Assembly: GCA_002215675.1 (NCBI GenBank)
Contig: NGFH01000011.1
Coordinates: 9,007-73,006, forward strand
From: Bacteroidetes bacterium 2013_40CM_41_45
GTDB lineage: Bacteria > Bacteroidota > Bacteroidia > AKYH767-A > 2013-40CM-41-45
Length of the DNA stretch: 64,000 nucleotides
Direction of reading: 5' to 3'
Numbering within the stretch: position 1 is the first letter of the stretch; each line of letters opens with the position of its first letter. The notes beneath the pieces are model-generated. The model was not told where the DNA came from. It did not search any database and saw only the letters and a list, made by a program, of their open reading frames with translations. Below are positions 48,306 through 58,595 of this stretch, piece by piece. A program made the position numbers and the translations under genes.

Positions 48306-49760
48306 ATGGACATCATCAATCGAGCTTTCTGCGTTTTAAAGAAAAATTTTTTCTTTCTTGTTTTTCTTGTCCTTGTTATACCTGTCGATGCACAGACTTC
48401 TCGTCCAACTTTTTCCTTGTCACCAGAATTAACAGAAAAATACTCTGCAAAAATTAATAAGAAGGTTTTATCATTTGACGGACAGACGACATCCCGCACA
48501 AAAAAATCTTTTAAAAAATTTCAAAGACAAGAAAAGCGGCTTCACAAAAAACTTTGCAAAGTAAATCCAGAACTGGCGGATAAATTATTTTCATACCCTG
48601 TTGATCCATTGTATTATCAGAAGGATGCTTTCAATTCATCTTCCCATACAAAACTGAAGAGTGGGCCGAAAGAATATGACTCTTATTGGGATACGCTAAA
48701 ATCTTCTTCTGCATTTCTTAACAAAGCGCAGGCGAATAATGGTAAGTTATCTTCAATTATGGAGACGAATAAAAATATTTTGAATTGCGATAACAAACTT
48801 AACCAAGCAAATAAGCTTCAGAATTATTTCAGGCAAAGGAAAACGCTCCTGAATAAATCACTTAAAGATTACCCGTCACTGAAAAGGAATTTGCTGGGTA
48901 TTGACAAGGTTAACTATTACTATGGTCAGTACCTGAAGGAATTTAAAAATCGCCTGAAGATTGAAAGCAAGTTTGAATCACTCTTCAAGGAAGGTCTCAG
49001 TGGCATCAGTGATTTTTCAAAATTCATGAGTGCAAACGGTGAACTTTCAAAGTTTTCTAAAATTCCTGCGGATTGGGGAAAAAGCACTGAAGGATTACAG
49101 ACAAATGCATCTGTAGAAAAGATGCTGGAGGAAAGCACAAAGGCATTAGGGGGTATTGTGGCCAAAGATGCAATTGCAGCCAAGGTGAGGGAAGGTACAA
49201 ATGCCATTGGCAAAATGAAAAGCGGTAGTTATGGAAATGCAACGAATGCAGCGGATATCCCTGACTTTAAGCCAAACCCAATGAAGACAAAGCGATTTGC
49301 TGACAGGCTTGAATACAGTACCGATATTCAATTCAAGAAAACGAGCACTTATTTTCCTGCTACTGGAAATTTTGGGTTCCTTGCAGGTTACAAATTGAAT
49401 CCCAAATTCTCTATTGGCGCAGGAGGAACTTACAATCTCGGTTTAGGAAAAAACTGGAATGACATTCATTTTTCTCATGAAGGAATAGGTATAAGAACAT
49501 ATTCTGATTATCAAATAAAGGCGTCCGTTTATCTAAGCGCGGGATATGAGAAAAATGCAACGATAGCAACTGCATCTCAAAAAGAAAAAGGACAAAATTC
49601 ATTTAACTGGTATGACAGTGCGTTGATTGGATTGAAGATCAAACCAAAAGTTTTTGGTAAAGCCTCTCCTTCTGCAAGTCTGCAGTATGATTTTTTGCAT
49701 GACGAACACGCCCCAGCCTCGCCTGCTTTTATTTATAGGTTAGGATGGACACTAAAATAA
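48306..49760 (+). CDS. Exported hypothetical protein (helical N-half, beta-strand-rich C-half) directly upstream of the Rhs gene
   Basis: Signal peptide; FKPNPMKTKRF..RLE; alternating aromatic strands ending YRLGWTLK; 21 bp from the Rhs start. Confidence 0.78.
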   Translation: MDIINRAFCVLKKNFFFLVFLVLVIPVDAQTSRPTFSLSPELTEKYSAKINKKVLSFDGQTTSRTKKSFKKFQRQEKRLHKKLCKVNPELADKLFSYPVDPLYYQKDAFNSSSHTKLKSGPKEYDSYWDTLKSSSAFLNKAQANNGKLSSIMETNKNILNCDNKLNQANKLQNYFRQRKTLLNKSLKDYPSLKRNLLGIDKVNYYYGQYLKEFKNRLKIESKFESLFKEGLSGISDFSKFMSANGELSKFSKIPADWGKSTEGLQTNASVEKMLEESTKALGGIVAKDAIAAKVREGTNAIGKMKSGSYGNATNAADIPDFKPNPMKTKRFADRLEYSTDIQFKKTSTYFPATGNFGFLAGYKLNPKFSIGAGGTYNLGLGKNWNDIHFSHEGIGIRTYSDYQIKASVYLSAGYEKNATIATASQKEKGQNSFNWYDSALIGLKIKPKVFGKASPSASLQYDFLHDEHAPASPAFIYRLGWTLK

Positions 49761-49781
49761 TAAACTCTAAAACTTCCCTTT

Positions 49782-52700
49782 ATGAAACATTTTCTGTTAA
49801 TTGCTTTCTCTGTATTTACATTGAACAATTTGATTTTTGCTCAACAAGGCGATGAACAACCATTTTTGCAGGACTATTCATCTCAAGTCAAAAGCGATGA
49901 TGTTGATGGCATTGACCTTAGTACAGGTACCGTGAATCCAGGTATTCCTTTGTTGTCTGTTAAACTGAACAGCGAGTATTCTGAAAACATTTCCCTTAAT
50001 TATACCAAGGGACAAGGTATAAGAGTTTACGACTTTTCAGGTGTTGCTGGATTGGGATGGGACATTAAAGCGGGAGGAGTCCTTACCAGGGAAGTAAGAG
50101 GATATACGAGAGATGAAAAAATACCTATGCAAAATCCGTTAGCTGGGGATGTTGACAAGGATTGCGGATGGCTTTATAATCCTTCTGACGTACCAGATTA
50201 TAACGCGGACTACAGTTTGTTGGGAACTACAGCGGGACAGGCCGTTGAAGGTTCGTACATGTTGAACCCTTCTGACCCGAATGATGTACCTGATGCTTCA
50301 GATGTGCTCAGACAATTTTTTAGCGGCATATACAATAATGGAAACATTCATCATTATGCCAATATTGATTCCGAACCTGATATATTTCATTTTTCATTTG
50401 GGAATTATTCGGGTAAATTCGTTTTTGATCCTAGTGGAACTCCCGTTTTAATCCCCGCGCAGGATATTAAAATTGAACCGGCAATTGGTCCTAACGGATC
50501 GTCATATAACGGAACTCCTGCTTGGATTTTTACAACACCTGATGGCCAAAAGTATGTGTTCTATAATACTGATGATTACAGAGAGAAAACAACAACGAAG
50601 CGGTTTGCAAGCACGAATTTTTGTTATCCTAATCAAACACCTAAAAGAACGTTAGAATATTATTCGACCTGGCATCTGTCAAAAATTATCGACACGCACG
50701 GTAAAGAAATGACTTTTACTTATGGCACTGGATACACCTTTAAGGTTACTCAAGCCCAGCAAAATAAGTATGATTGGATTACAGGCAACAAATATTTAGG
50801 ACCCCATGCTTCTGCTCATCCTGAGGAAGATGTTGATGTGCCTGCTTCAAATGTACCGGAATTGAATATTACAACAGTTAAGTTGCTGACCCTTATTACT
50901 ACTGATGCAGAAAATCTCACATTCGTCTATTCAAATGACAGAATAGATTTAGCTGCTCCTAAATTAACAAATATTGATGAGACCGGAGGCATGAACAAGC
51001 ATTATCAATTTAATTACACTTATGAGTTTAATGATTGCGGTCCTAATCATGACCAAATCTGCCCGCCTCAAGACCCTGGCAGTAGTCCGGAAAATTATTT
51101 TGTTTATCGCCCTTATCAATATTTAAAGCTGGCATCACTTGAAGAAATTCCAACCAGCGCGCAATCATCAAATCCGACTTGGAGTTTTGAATACAAGCCC
51201 TTTAATGAATATACAATTTGGCATTCACAGCAGACCCCGCAAAGATATTGGTATTGCAGATGTTATAGTAATAATCTTGTACGTAACACTCGCAATTTGG
51301 GAGAAGATTACTGGGGATTTTTTAAAGGCCTTCATTGGTATATTTCTCCAGGCTCTCAATCATATGGAGATGAGGTTTGCATTACTGAGATCGGACCTGC
51401 AGGGCAATTAATTCCACCCGGACCGAGTGGCTCAGGATTAGACGGAACGAACAGAAATCCAGATGAAGAGGAATTCCGAATTTATACTTGGGATGGCTCT
51501 ACCTACATTTGGGCAAGCAACCAGATTAATTCTTCAAATGAAGATTCGTATACCCTTTCCAGGACGCCATACAATCAGCAAGGCATTTTAACAAAGATAA
51601 CTTTACCGACCGGAGGTGTAATTGATTATGAATATGAAACTAATACCTATTATGACAATTCCTCTTCTACCAGCAAAACATTTGGAGGACTTAGAGTAAA
51701 ACGAATTAAAACTTCTACCTCGGCTCAGGATTCTCCCATCATAAAGGAATTTAAATATACTACGGAAACCGATCCTAACAAATCAAGCGGAGAGGTTGTC
51801 CCTTTGAGGAGAAATTGGGATAATGTGATATTCTGCAAACATTATGACGATACTCATATTTCTAATTCATACTCAACGTATTATTTCCGCGAGTCGCAAT
51901 CTCACCGAGCACAGCCGAGAGACCTGATTCGTTATACCAGAGTAGAAGTCGTAACCATTGGAACGAATAGTACCGGCAACGGAAAAGTCGTCTATAAAAT
52001 GACAGGATATTCTTCCAATCCCGATGTGCCATGCGACAGGTTTGAATTTAACCATATTAATACCGCTGTGACACCGCCCCAGGTATGCAGCTGGACATCT
52101 TACACGGATGACAGGGATAATGATGCAGGAGCTCCGAATGGTGATATGAGTTTCGAGCGCGGGTTAATCACAAAGATTGAATTCTACAACCAGGCACAGG
52201 AAAAAATCAAGGAAATTGAAAATGAGTATGAATTTGCCCCTTCAAACTTTACTCCTGTAGAGGTTAAAGCCTGCAAGGTAAATACAAAATTTATTTACAA
52301 CTCAATTTATAGTGGGTCAACCCCGTTAAATTGGTCCTTCGACCCTCCTCCCTTCAATGTTGAATATTATAAACATATTTCTAAATGGTTTTATCTGAAA
52401 AAAACCACAGAGCGCAATTATTCAATGGACGCTGATGCAAGCATTAATGCGAATAATTTTCTGACACTTCAAACCAATTATTTTTATGACAATTCAGTGC
52501 ATAAGCTGGTGACCCGGATAGAAAAAATAAATTCGGATAATAAAAAAACGATTATTCAGTATAAATATCCACAGGATTTTAATGTTGCTTACAATACCCA
52601 AAATGATGTAATGTCTTCATGCCTTTGGCTACTGGTGAACAGGCATATTCATAACATTCCTGTTGCTACTCATGTTTTCAAGGAACTTGTCAGTTCAACC

Positions 52701-55700
52701 ACTTGCAATAATCTGTACAGCAGTAAGTTTACAATTTTAAAGCAACTATCTGGCAGCATTATAGTGCCATTTAAAGATTACATACTTGAGACCGCTGATG
52801 CAGTTGATGTTGGTGCAACGTCATTTGTATTACCTCATGCTCCGATGACAACCGCATATAATTTTGTTTTTGATAACAAATATAAATCTAAAGTGGAATA
52901 TGATTACGATGCCCTGGGATATTTAACCAGTTCCAAAATTACTAATGGAATGTCATCGTCTGTAATTACAGACGCTAATCATAATCATGTACTGGCCAAA
53001 TTTTCAAACGCAAAGTATTCAGCGTCCGAAGTCGGAAATGAGTGTAGCTTTTTAAGTTTTGAAAGCGGCTCAAATAGTGACCAGTGGGGTTTAAGCGCTA
53101 CTTCAAATAGCACCGACGCTCATACAGGAAGTGTTTCCAGATTGCAGGCAGGAGGTGTCACATTTGGCCCAACGAAAGATTTTCGTCCGGATAATCAGTA
53201 TCAAAAATATAAATTCTCGTGTTGGATTAAAACCAGTGCCAACTATCCTTCGAGTGGAGGGAAATTAATAATTCATTCAAAGCATGATGATAATAATCAG
53301 ACTGCATATCCTAATGTAACCGGAAACTGGATAGAAGTTCCTTTTGGGAATACAAATAACAAATGGAAATATTTTGAAGCTGTTATTGACTTAGGAGCGG
53401 TAAGGAATCTTGCAAACATGGCTACCACTGACCCTGCACTTCGGATTCGCTGCTATACAGTTAATGATAATGCTACTAACTCATTCCTTATTGATGACAT
53501 TAGATTTCAACCTGTATTATCTTCCTGTATCAGCTACACATACAATGATTTTTACAAAACAAGCGAGAGCGATAATAACAGCCTACCGACTTATATAGAA
53601 TACGATGCCTTCAACAGGCCCGCATGGGTATACGATCAGGACAGAAACATTATCAAGCACTTCGACTATGGTGTCGGTACTTCCCTTACTTCTAATTATT
53701 CTATAACCGATAATATTTTAGTTGCCGGAGCTTCCGCGAGCAGCATCCTGAACCAATCATTAACTCCGCAACAGTGTCGCAGAACAACTACATACGCTGA
53801 TGGATTAGGGCGGCCATTACAGACTATTGCTAAGCAGCAGTCTCCCGGATTATATGATATCGTGTCACCACATGCTTATGATGAATTCGGAAGAGAATCA
53901 AAAAAATATCTCTCTTATGTAGATGCAAGCTATGATGGTTTGTTTAAAACAAACGTCCTTTCTAATCAAGCATACTTTTACCAGAATGCTTATGCTGTGG
54001 AACATACTACATCTGCATTCACACAGGCCATTTATGAAGCATCTCCGCTCAACAGAATTTTAAAACAGGGGAATGTTGGTTCCACCTGGCAACCAAACTC
54101 CAGTTACACGACATCCGATCATGCTCTAAAATTCAGATATCAGACTAATGACGAAAATGAGGTGTTAAAGTGGGGCATTAGCGGAAATAATATATCCGCA
54201 ATAAATATAGTATCGCTTATTCCTTATGTCTGGACCCCAATATTTTATCCCGCTAATACTCTATTTAAAACTGTAAGTTATGATGAGAATGGAACAGAAT
54301 CAATTGAGTATAAGGATTTGGAGGGAAAATTAATTTGTAAAAAAACTAAAGTTGCTTCGAGCGTAAATGCTTCGGGAGAAAGAATAACATTTGATTTTAC
54401 AGGCCCACAAAATACCAATGCTAATCCCCCTTCTCTTCCAAATGAATACTATTCTTCATATTATGTGTACGATGGATTTGGCCGTTTGATTTATGAAATA
54501 TCTCCGGCAACCATTCATCTTCTGTCGCAAAATAATTATGGGTATTTCTTTTCTACCGACTTTATTATGTTCCCCAGTGCAGAGCCATTTTTTAATCAAA
54601 ATCTTTATGCTTATAAATACGATGCCCGTGGCAGGTTGATTGAAAAGAAAATTCCGGGACAAACAGAATGGAATTATTTTGTTTATAACAAAATCGATCA
54701 ACTTGTTTTGTCCCAGACTCCTAAGCAAAATTCAGATCTTGAATGGACTTTTTCAAAATATGATGCCCTGGGAAGGGTTGTAATGACAGGTACCTATAAC
54801 AACGGTGATCCAAGAGAGAACATTCAGGCATCCGTGGATAATGAAACTATATTGTGGGAAGAGAGAAGCAATGGCAACGGAAATATTCTGGGCTATACCG
54901 ATAATACTTTCCCACAGAGTATGATTGAACAGCTTACCGTAAATTATTATGATGACTACGATTTTGATATTCAGAGTAGGACGTATGAGACTGATTTCAC
55001 AGGTGTTGCGGCTACGGTGCGTACTTTTGGATTGCTTACGGGAAACCTTACTAAAATTATTATGTCACCATCGGATGAACATCTTCTCCGTGTGAATTAT
55101 TATGATAGCCGAGACAGGTTAATACAACAACATAAGCAACAGGTTAACCAATCCTTGGACAGGATCAGTAATCTGTATGACTTTGCAGGGCAGTTGCTTT
55201 CATCCAAACGCACATACTCTCATTCTAACAGTGACCCTAAAGTTATTATTTCCAACACTTTTTCGTATGACCATGCCGGCAGAAGGGTTAATACCTACCT
55301 GAAAGTAGATGATGACCCGCAATACGTCATGTCTAATCGAAACTATAATGCTCTTGGACAGCTCATTCAGAAAAATCTTCATTTCGATCCGCAAACCGGA
55401 GATTATATGCAAAGCATTGACTATCGTTATAACATTCGTGGATGGTTAACAAAAATTAACAACGCGGCATGCTATGAAGATTTTGATGACAATTTCGGCA
55501 ATGATGTATTTGGTGAGGAACTATATTATGATGACATAACAAACATCAGCATTTCCAATTCTTCATGCCCGGTTCCGGTTCCGCAATTCAACGGCAACAT
55601 TTCTGCAATGAAGTGGAAAGCCAAAGGGTTGGAGTCAGAGCCGTATGACATCAATCAAAATATGTATGTCTATCGTTATGATAATTTAAACAGGATGACA

Positions 55701-58115
55701 GCCGGCTATTATGTCGCTTCGAGCCCGAATTTTCTGAACCAGGATATTTTTGACAGGCAGATTAATTATTTTAATGAAGTAGTTACGTATGGCGCTTCGG
55801 GAAATATTATGCATCTCACACGTAATGGAGGAGATCCGGAAACCCAGTCGTATGATGTAATGGATGACCTGTCATATACGTATGCCGGCTACCAGGCGCA
55901 GAAAGTGGAGGATGCGGCAACTCCTCAGCTAAGCTATGCCGGGTTTACGGATGGAAGCAACGGAGGGGACGATTATACTTATGATGCCAGCGGTAATTTG
56001 ACCAATGACGCTAATAAAGATTTAACCGTGAATTATAACTCGCTGAATTTACCGTACTCTGAAGAGAGTTTTGCCTCCGGAGATTACATTACCAGTACCT
56101 ATGATGCCGGCGGGCGAAAAATTCACCAGGAACTTTTGACCAGCACGGCTGTACTTAATAACTTTCCGCCTGTTGTAACAGATTATGTAGACGGAATTGA
56201 ATATGAAGATAATCAGCTGAAGCAAATTATGACAGAAGAAGGACGCGTGCGTCCATCTACTGCTGCCGATGCAATACAGGGATATAAGTACGATTACTTT
56301 TTGAAAGACCATCTCGGAAGCGTGCGGGCAGTTCTTTCTCACGATGCTTTAGTGAGACAATATTACGCTACGATGGAAACGCAAAATGCGCAGGCCGAAG
56401 AAGCGTTATTTTATAACATTCCCACAACGCGTTCAAGTGCTCCTGCAGGCTATCCACCTGATTTTTCATATTCACCAAACTTAAAAGTGAGTGGGTTAAA
56501 TGCAGCCCAGGGCAAAACAATAGGGCATGCAAAAGTTCTAAGGATACTGGTGGGAGACAGTCTTAGCATAAGCGCCAAATATTTTTTCACAGATTCCCTC
56601 ACTTCTACTTCAAGCACCAGGACGCTGAGCGATATCCTTACCCAGTTAGGCAATATATTTCTCATCAATCCATCGGTAAGCGTTGCAGGGAATGAGATAA
56701 CTGCGAGGCAGCAGTGGGCAAGCTCTACCTTTACGGAGAATTCTGATGTTACAAGTTTTCTTTCTTCTACATTTACAAATGCAAGCAGTGCCAGCCCTCA
56801 TACTCCCCAGGCATATCTTATTTGGTTATTTTATACCGATGATTTTACATTTGTTCCCTCTATGAGCGGAATAAAACAAGTAGAGGCTGCTTCGCGAAAC
56901 CAGCTTGGCAACCTTGCCATATCAAATCTGGTTGCACAGGAAAAAGGGTATTGCTATATTTATGTTGCTAACGAAAGCGCTGTGACGGTTGATTTTGATA
57001 ACCTTAGCATTATTCAATCGGCAAGCCATTTGGTTGAGATAAACGACTATTACCCTTACGGGTTATTAAACCCCTGGCTCTCTGTAACGCCCGATGTTTC
57101 CATAGCAAACAACCGCAAGTTCCAGGGCAAGCAATTAATATCTGATGTAAATACCAGTTCAGATGAATTTGGCTGGCGGCAATATGACCCCTTGGTTGCA
57201 AGATGGCATGCTACCGACCCGGCAGAGCAGTTTGCAAATCCTTATCTTGCAATGGGGAATACGCCAACATCATTCGTGGATTATGATGGAGCGCAGGGAG
57301 GTTCTGGCGGTACTAGTGGCACTACTGATTTGGAGCACAGTGGATATTCTTATGGTTCAGCATCGGATTTGGGTTATAATAGTGGGTATGATATGTATAT
57401 GGCTATGCATTATGGTGGGGGTTGGGGTAGTGGTTACATGACATCGTCTGGAGGTACTGGATTGGGTATAGGAGCTGATGGGAAGGGTGTGACCTTTACC
57501 CGCTATGGCGTTACCTCCGGAGATGGTACGGTATATGGCACATGGGATGCTGAAACAGCTTCTAAAATTGATGGTGCGCTGGCAAATTTTGCTTTGTTTA
57601 GGGATTATAATTACCAGATTGCTCAATTTCCTACAACAGGAGAAGCGGCAGCGAATGCTGATTCATATTCGGGAAATAGATATAGGACTGGAGAAGGGGC
57701 TACTGTTTCAGCAAATCAATCATGGGCACATTCATTAAGTGAGATTGGTTTTGGTATGCGCTTAACAGGTGATTTATATGGTTATGCAGCCAGGGGATTA
57801 AATGCAGCGACAATGAGAGCGATTTTTAATGTCGCTCGTGGGGTTACTGGTGCAGGAGTTGTTGCTGGTGCTGTGTCTGGTATTATACCTGTAGTCACGA
57901 ACCCGTCATCATTAGGTAGCTGGGCAAGAGCTAGTGTTCAAATAGGAGCCATGGGGCTCACCGGAGTTCCCTATGTTGGTATTGGGCTTGCAGTAGGCGT
58001 AGAAGTTGCCAATGAAGCAGGAATGTTTGGCCTTTATAATTGGGCTGATCAATATAGAATTGCTGCACCCTCTCCATTTAATCCAAACTTTGCCGTTTAC
58101 CACGTGCACCATTAA
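49782..58115 (+). CDS. Rhs/YD-repeat polymorphic toxin (DUF6443 region, Rhs core, hydrophobic C-terminal toxin)
   Basis: Signal peptide; YADGLGRPLQT..YDEFGRE; YD repeats; KDHLGSVR; DYYPYG; RQYDP..RW..DP..NPY..GN.P..VDYDG. Confidence 0.93.
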   Translation: MKHFLLIAFSVFTLNNLIFAQQGDEQPFLQDYSSQVKSDDVDGIDLSTGTVNPGIPLLSVKLNSEYSENISLNYTKGQGIRVYDFSGVAGLGWDIKAGGVLTREVRGYTRDEKIPMQNPLAGDVDKDCGWLYNPSDVPDYNADYSLLGTTAGQAVEGSYMLNPSDPNDVPDASDVLRQFFSGIYNNGNIHHYANIDSEPDIFHFSFGNYSGKFVFDPSGTPVLIPAQDIKIEPAIGPNGSSYNGTPAWIFTTPDGQKYVFYNTDDYREKTTTKRFASTNFCYPNQTPKRTLEYYSTWHLSKIIDTHGKEMTFTYGTGYTFKVTQAQQNKYDWITGNKYLGPHASAHPEEDVDVPASNVPELNITTVKLLTLITTDAENLTFVYSNDRIDLAAPKLTNIDETGGMNKHYQFNYTYEFNDCGPNHDQICPPQDPGSSPENYFVYRPYQYLKLASLEEIPTSAQSSNPTWSFEYKPFNEYTIWHSQQTPQRYWYCRCYSNNLVRNTRNLGEDYWGFFKGLHWYISPGSQSYGDEVCITEIGPAGQLIPPGPSGSGLDGTNRNPDEEEFRIYTWDGSTYIWASNQINSSNEDSYTLSRTPYNQQGILTKITLPTGGVIDYEYETNTYYDNSSSTSKTFGGLRVKRIKTSTSAQDSPIIKEFKYTTETDPNKSSGEVVPLRRNWDNVIFCKHYDDTHISNSYSTYYFRESQSHRAQPRDLIRYTRVEVVTIGTNSTGNGKVVYKMTGYSSNPDVPCDRFEFNHINTAVTPPQVCSWTSYTDDRDNDAGAPNGDMSFERGLITKIEFYNQAQEKIKEIENEYEFAPSNFTPVEVKACKVNTKFIYNSIYSGSTPLNWSFDPPPFNVEYYKHISKWFYLKKTTERNYSMDADASINANNFLTLQTNYFYDNSVHKLVTRIEKINSDNKKTIIQYKYPQDFNVAYNTQNDVMSSCLWLLVNRHIHNIPVATHVFKELVSSTTCNNLYSSKFTILKQLSGSIIVPFKDYILETADAVDVGATSFVLPHAPMTTAYNFVFDNKYKSKVEYDYDALGYLTSSKITNGMSSSVITDANHNHVLAKFSNAKYSASEVGNECSFLSFESGSNSDQWGLSATSNSTDAHTGSVSRLQAGGVTFGPTKDFRPDNQYQKYKFSCWIKTSANYPSSGGKLIIHSKHDDNNQTAYPNVTGNWIEVPFGNTNNKWKYFEAVIDLGAVRNLANMATTDPALRIRCYTVNDNATNSFLIDDIRFQPVLSSCISYTYNDFYKTSESDNNSLPTYIEYDAFNRPAWVYDQDRNIIKHFDYGVGTSLTSNYSITDNILVAGASASSILNQSLTPQQCRRTTTYADGLGRPLQTIAKQQSPGLYDIVSPHAYDEFGRESKKYLSYVDASYDGLFKTNVLSNQAYFYQNAYAVEHTTSAFTQAIYEASPLNRILKQGNVGSTWQPNSSYTTSDHALKFRYQTNDENEVLKWGISGNNISAINIVSLIPYVWTPIFYPANTLFKTVSYDENGTESIEYKDLEGKLICKKTKVASSVNASGERITFDFTGPQNTNANPPSLPNEYYSSYYVYDGFGRLIYEISPATIHLLSQNNYGYFFSTDFIMFPSAEPFFNQNLYAYKYDARGRLIEKKIPGQTEWNYFVYNKIDQLVLSQTPKQNSDLEWTFSKYDALGRVVMTGTYNNGDPRENIQASVDNETILWEERSNGNGNILGYTDNTFPQSMIEQLTVNYYDDYDFDIQSRTYETDFTGVAATVRTFGLLTGNLTKIIMSPSDEHLLRVNYYDSRDRLIQQHKQQVNQSLDRISNLYDFAGQLLSSKRTYSHSNSDPKVIISNTFSYDHAGRRVNTYLKVDDDPQYVMSNRNYNALGQLIQKNLHFDPQTGDYMQSIDYRYNIRGWLTKINNAACYEDFDDNFGNDVFGEELYYDDITNISISNSSCPVPVPQFNGNISAMKWKAKGLESEPYDINQNMYVYRYDNLNRMTAGYYVASSPNFLNQDIFDRQINYFNEVVTYGASGNIMHLTRNGGDPETQSYDVMDDLSYTYAGYQAQKVEDAATPQLSYAGFTDGSNGGDDYTYDASGNLTNDANKDLTVNYNSLNLPYSEESFASGDYITSTYDAGGRKIHQELLTSTAVLNNFPPVVTDYVDGIEYEDNQLKQIMTEEGRVRPSTAADAIQGYKYDYFLKDHLGSVRAVLSHDALVRQYYATMETQNAQAEEALFYNIPTTRSSAPAGYPPDFSYSPNLKVSGLNAAQGKTIGHAKVLRILVGDSLSISAKYFFTDSLTSTSSTRTLSDILTQLGNIFLINPSVSVAGNEITARQQWASSTFTENSDVTSFLSSTFTNASSASPHTPQAYLIWLFYTDDFTFVPSMSGIKQVEAASRNQLGNLAISNLVAQEKGYCYIYVANESAVTVDFDNLSIIQSASHLVEINDYYPYGLLNPWLSVTPDVSIANNRKFQGKQLISDVNTSSDEFGWRQYDPLVARWHATDPAEQFANPYLAMGNTPTSFVDYDGAQGGSGGTSGTTDLEHSGYSYGSASDLGYNSGYDMYMAMHYGGGWGSGYMTSSGGTGLGIGADGKGVTFTRYGVTSGDGTVYGTWDAETASKIDGALANFALFRDYNYQIAQFPTTGEAAANADSYSGNRYRTGEGATVSANQSWAHSLSEIGFGMRLTGDLYGYAARGLNAATMRAIFNVARGVTGAGVVAGAVSGIIPVVTNPSSLGSWARASVQIGAMGLTGVPYVGIGLAVGVEVANEAGMFGLYNWADQYRIAAPSPFNPNFAVYHVHH

Positions 58116-58125
58116 AATTAAAAGT

Positions 58126-58515
58126 ATGATAGATTATATATACTATAAGTTTTACAAATTTTATAATCGAAATGAAGGTCAAATAGTAGGTGCGATAATG
58201 GCAATGGCGATATGTGGTGGGTTGGCTAGTGTCAACCTTATAACGGTAATAGTCTTTTTGCAAGCCATTAAAGTATTGCCAATTTTTGATATTACAAAAT
58301 TTTTCGCCATTATAACGACCTTGTTCTTTTTCTTATTAGGATATTTTGTTTTCCTCAGAAAAAAGAAGTACATTGAAATTGCCAACAGATTTAAAAATGA
58401 GACATTCCTTGAAAGGCAAGACGGGCGTACCAAAGTGTTGCTGTATGTTTTTGCATCGGGTATTGCTTTTGTTTTGGCGGCAGTTTTTAGGTATAATGTA
58501 GTTCATCCATATTAA
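58126..58515 (+). CDS. Putative membrane immunity protein of the main Rhs toxin
   Basis: Small 3-TM protein starting 10 bp after the toxin stop; paralogue of 61273..61665. Confidence 0.75.
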   Translation: MIDYIYYKFYKFYNRNEGQIVGAIMAMAICGGLASVNLITVIVFLQAIKVLPIFDITKFFAIITTLFFFLLGYFVFLRKKKYIEIANRFKNETFLERQDGRTKVLLYVFASGIAFVLAAVFRYNVVHPY

Positions 58516-58547
58516 ATATGATAGCTAAAATTAATTCTCATAAACAT

Positions 58548-58578
58548 AAAAGCCCGATAAAAAAATCGGGCTTTTTAA
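58548..58578 (+). terminator. Intrinsic terminator after the immunity gene
   Basis: AAAAGCCCGAT-AAAAAA-ATCGGGCTTTT. Confidence 0.7.
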
Positions 58579-58595
58579 TAGGCAATTTATCAATT

